Position numbers and translations under genes: made by a program. Positions 60,789 to 64,000 of a stretch of 64,000 nucleotides of DNA are shown here, piece after piece (positions within the stretch are counted from its first letter, which is position 1; the number at the start of each line of letters is the position of its first letter). The stretch comes from Bilabrum cf. latius (lineage: Eukaryota), in assembly GCA_965178125.1 (NCBI GenBank), contig OZ237741.1, forward strand, positions 806,001-870,000, written 5' to 3'. A model generated the notes under the pieces. The model had not been told where the DNA came from and ran no database searches. It saw nothing but the letters and a program-made list of their open reading frames with translations.

Positions 60789-63700
60789 ATGTCAGGAACA
60801 ATCGCAGGATCAGGAATGGGCATGGAGAGCGCTTCGTCAGCTGGTCGTCATCAAGCCAGCAGCAGCACAGCAGGCTTCTTTAACTACGCTGGAGCAAACA
60901 CGTGCCTTGATAAAATTGGTTTATAGTTGGTCAGGTCATTGTTCGGGACTCTCGGTCTGCTTACCCGGTCACAAGAGGATCAGCGGCTCATCTACATCAT
61001 GATACAGTTGATTCGCTCGCTTCAAATTTCAAGTTTTATCGTTTCAGTGGACCCAGTTCTACCCTGGAGGGACTCACCTGCTGCGTTAGCGTATGGTCGA
61101 GCGGTATCCTACCTTGCACCAGCTTCGGTTACGAGTTCGAGCGGCGCGAGCGCCTTCCTACCCCTGTTCTCTCTCGCCGCCGCATGGACCTTCGTCGTGT
61201 GCGGAATGGCTGCGTTCATCGCCGTGTCTTTTCTGCTGGACTGGCCCTAGAATGGCCTTCTTCTGCGCACGTTTCGCTGGGCTGGGTCTCTCTCGGCGTC
61301 GATCCTGTTCCTGCCGCTCTCGGGGTTGCTGTTCCGAGGCATTGCGTGCAGCGGGGACGACTGGCTGGAAACTGGGGCGTCCTGCACGTCCCCCGGGCGG
61401 GTAATCACAGCAGTACTTGCAATCATGCTGGTTCTGGTTCTCACCGGTGAGAATACCGATAGCGCCCCGGGCATCCGAACCCCAGCCATCGCGACCCACA
61501 GCAGCTCAACTGCCCAACTTCTCTCTCCCCCGCAGTCCTTGCCATTCTGGTTGCCCTTGTCTTCCATGACAAGGATCCCACATCTGCCTCATGGGCAGCC
61601 AAAGCTACCGGTCGGCTGGACGTGGCCATTCTGCTCATCATGCTGCTGCTCTCCCTGGTGTCCAACCTGCTCTCGGACCAGCTCCAGGGCGGGCTCATCA
61701 TGACACTCGTGCACATAGCCTGTGGCGGGCTGTGGTACTATCTGCAGGCATCCATGCTGGTGCACCCTCTCGCTGAAATGAACGGATTGATGGGGGGTTT
61801 CTCGGCCAGCTACCTGTGGTTTGGGCTATGTCTCGCGATCGCGCAGGCTTCACCCGCCGGGCAGGACCACTCGGCACTGCTGCTGCTTGGAGGCATCACG
61901 GCCGGCACTGCGGGAGGCCTCTTCGTCTATGTGCGTCAGTTGCAGGTGGTGTCGGTCAGACTTGAGGATTTCAGCGCCGGGAGCTCGTCTGTTTATGATT
62001 TGAACGCATGGATCAGGCACCGGCTGCGCAAGATGGCCAAGCTCGAGTCGCTCGCTGACGCAACCACCGCACAGGCATACGCCGCGGCAGCGGCGCAGGA
62101 GCAAGAGGACAACGACAGTAGGGTCAGACAGTCTAGCTCGGCAGCCGCAGCGACTGCTGCTACGTATAGTGACATGGGTGGCACGACAATGCAGGGCTCC
62201 TCGTCGGCGACGAGAAACGCGCAATCGGGCCACTAGGGTCACATCGGGGACGGCGGTGTGTCGGCTGCTGTCGATCGGGCCTCTCGTGCTCGCATGGCGG
62301 AGCAACGTCGGCTGCTTCGAGAGGCCTTCCGTGGCATGCACTTCCTCCTCACCCAGTTCCCGCAGTCGGAGATGGCCTGCATGCTGGCGTCCATCGGGTT
62401 CAGGGACCACAGCCCCTGGCTCTTCCACGAGGCTGTGGCCCTTGCCCGCGCCAGGGGGCTGTCCCCCTCCCTAGACGTGCTATTCCACATCTACTAGCGC
62501 GCGACCCAGCTCCGCGAGACGGGGTCTGAAGGAGCGTCCCCCATTGACCGCGTCCTATTCGACTAGATGTTCTCGCAGGCGCAGGAGGCTCGCACCAAGT
62601 GCTTCCAGCTGCTTACCAGGCTGTGGGCTACCATGGCGCACACGGCACCTGACCTTGACGAGCTCTGGTCCGTTGGGCTGCAGCTCCAGCGCACACTGCG
62701 CAAGGCAGACTCTCTGCACAGGGCCATGCTGGAACTCAATGGGGACAGCGCTAGTGCGCTGAGGGCATACGCTAAGCACTTGCTGGATCTGGGGCAGGAC
62801 CCAGACAGGGCACAGGAGCTGCTCAACAAGGCAGATAGGTTGGAGGAGGTGCACAAGAGCGACAAGAGGAAGGTCATTAAAACAGTTACCATGTTGACGC
62901 CATTTTCGTCCTCCAGCTCGGCATCCTCGGGCTTCGACAGCGTGGATGCGGGCGGCGGGGCTGGCATGGCCTCTGCAAGTGCAGCGGCGGCCAAGCGGAA
63001 GGAACTGGCAGCCCGTGGGATGCTCGGCGTGTCTGCTGTGGAGATGCTGGATGTCAAGGCGGCCCGCCTGTCCATCATGGATGAGAGCAGTGCAGTGATT
63101 GCCATTTCCGGGCAGGGGTCCTCCACCGGCGAGATCGTGGCTGCGTCACCAGCGGCGTGCAGGATGCTGGGATACACGCAATCAGCGCTGTTGGGCCACA
63201 ACATCAATAGCGTGCTACCGGAGCCCATCCGCTCCGCCCACGACTCATTTCTTAACCGGTTTGCTGCGGCCCCAAGGCAGCGCACTAGGGTGCTCAACCG
63301 GGACCGAGCGGTGTTCTACTAGCGCTAGGACGGCTCCCTCGTTCCGGCATGGAATACAATCATCGAGACACCCCCCGACGAGCAAACCTTTGAGCCCAGG
63401 TTTACTGCTGTGATGCGACCCATCGTAAGCGAGGATGACTACATCACCTTTGCGCCCGCCGACGGAGGATTCCGGATGTACGCGGCTACGCAGAGGTCAG
63501 TCGATCTGCTAGGACTGACGCATGAGCAGTTGGGAGATGGCAGGGCAAGTATGCTAACCTATTTTCCCACGGCAGCTAGCTCCTTTACGTCTGCAACCGT
63601 GGAACTCGACCGGGAGCAAGTGCGACAGCTGCGGTTGCAGTCGGCGGCCCAGGACATCAACCGCCAGTTCGGGTTGCGAAAATTGAATCGGAGGACGCGG

Positions 63701-64000
63701 CGAGCCTCGATGCTTCTCAGCAAGGGCAAGCCGTCCGAGCGGGATGGCAGCGTTGCATCAGGCCCGCAGACTGGCGAATCAGGAGCAGCTGCTGCACTAG
63801 ATGGAGATGACTTGATGGATATGCTGAGCCAGCTGGAGGGTTCTGTCGGCGGCACCGGTACAAGCCGCAGCCACAGCAAGGCGACTTTGTTCGTCAATGA
63901 CAAAGGCGTCGTCAACCGATCTGGGAGTGGAAGGGTCCTGCAGGAGGACAGCGATGACGGCACCGAGGGCCCTGGGCTGGGCAAACGCGGCATCCAAATG
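60789..64000 (+). CDS. TmcB/TmcC-like (tiny macrocysts) multi-pass membrane PAS-domain protein, 3'-truncated by the window (7 in-frame TAG, 1 intron)
   Basis: N-terminal multi-TM region, helical TPR-like region (LRAYAKHLLDL..D...AQELLNKAD..EE) and PAS domain (IVAASPAACRMLGY....LLGHNINSVLPEPIRSAHDSFL). Intron 61447-61535; open to the window end. Confidence 0.78.
61447..61535 (+). other. Spliceosomal intron (89 nt, phase 1)
   Basis: GTGAGA...CTCTCTCCCCCGCAG. Explains the frame change and restores a continuous TM helix (LVLVLT-VLAILVALVF). Confidence 0.8.

Noticed and set aside
400-64000. Mass pseudogenisation or sequencing error as the cause of internal stops
   Set aside because: The breaks are exclusively TAG, with no TAA/TGA or frameshifts, and catalytic motifs are intact.
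400-64000. Pyrrolysine or selenocysteine recoding
   Set aside because: The DNA is eukaryotic with no pyl genes seen. TAGs are numerous and at non-catalytic positions, and Sec uses TGA, which occurs only terminally here.

Overview
This is a gene-dense (about 90% coding by hand estimate), GC-rich eukaryotic nuclear window, probably from a heterotrophic protist; a stramenopile/bicosoecid-like origin is an inference only. The main signal is a non-standard nuclear genetic code. The fragmented ORF track joins into 17 continuous genes once TAG is read as a sense codon. About 110 in-frame TAGs (hand count) fall in about 19,000 codons, with no internal TAA or TGA, and the 16 complete genes end in TGA (12) or TAA (4). 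TAG interrupts conserved folds in DMC1, carnosine N-methyltransferase, TTC36, a sepiapterin-reductase-like SDR, GID8, and RCC1, PDZ and PAS domains. Gln is the best-supported meaning (translation table 15-like, with UAG uncoupled from UAA), although two sites align with conserved Glu. Other content: a tandem pair of membrane-protein genes with a near-identical core, a Josephin/papain-like protease candidate with a CaaX end, a bacterial-type L-fuconate dehydratase-like enolase, meiotic DMC1, several giant intronless genes (up to about 4,436 aa) and five short GT-AG introns. No rRNA, tRNA, CRISPR array or mobile element was recognised.
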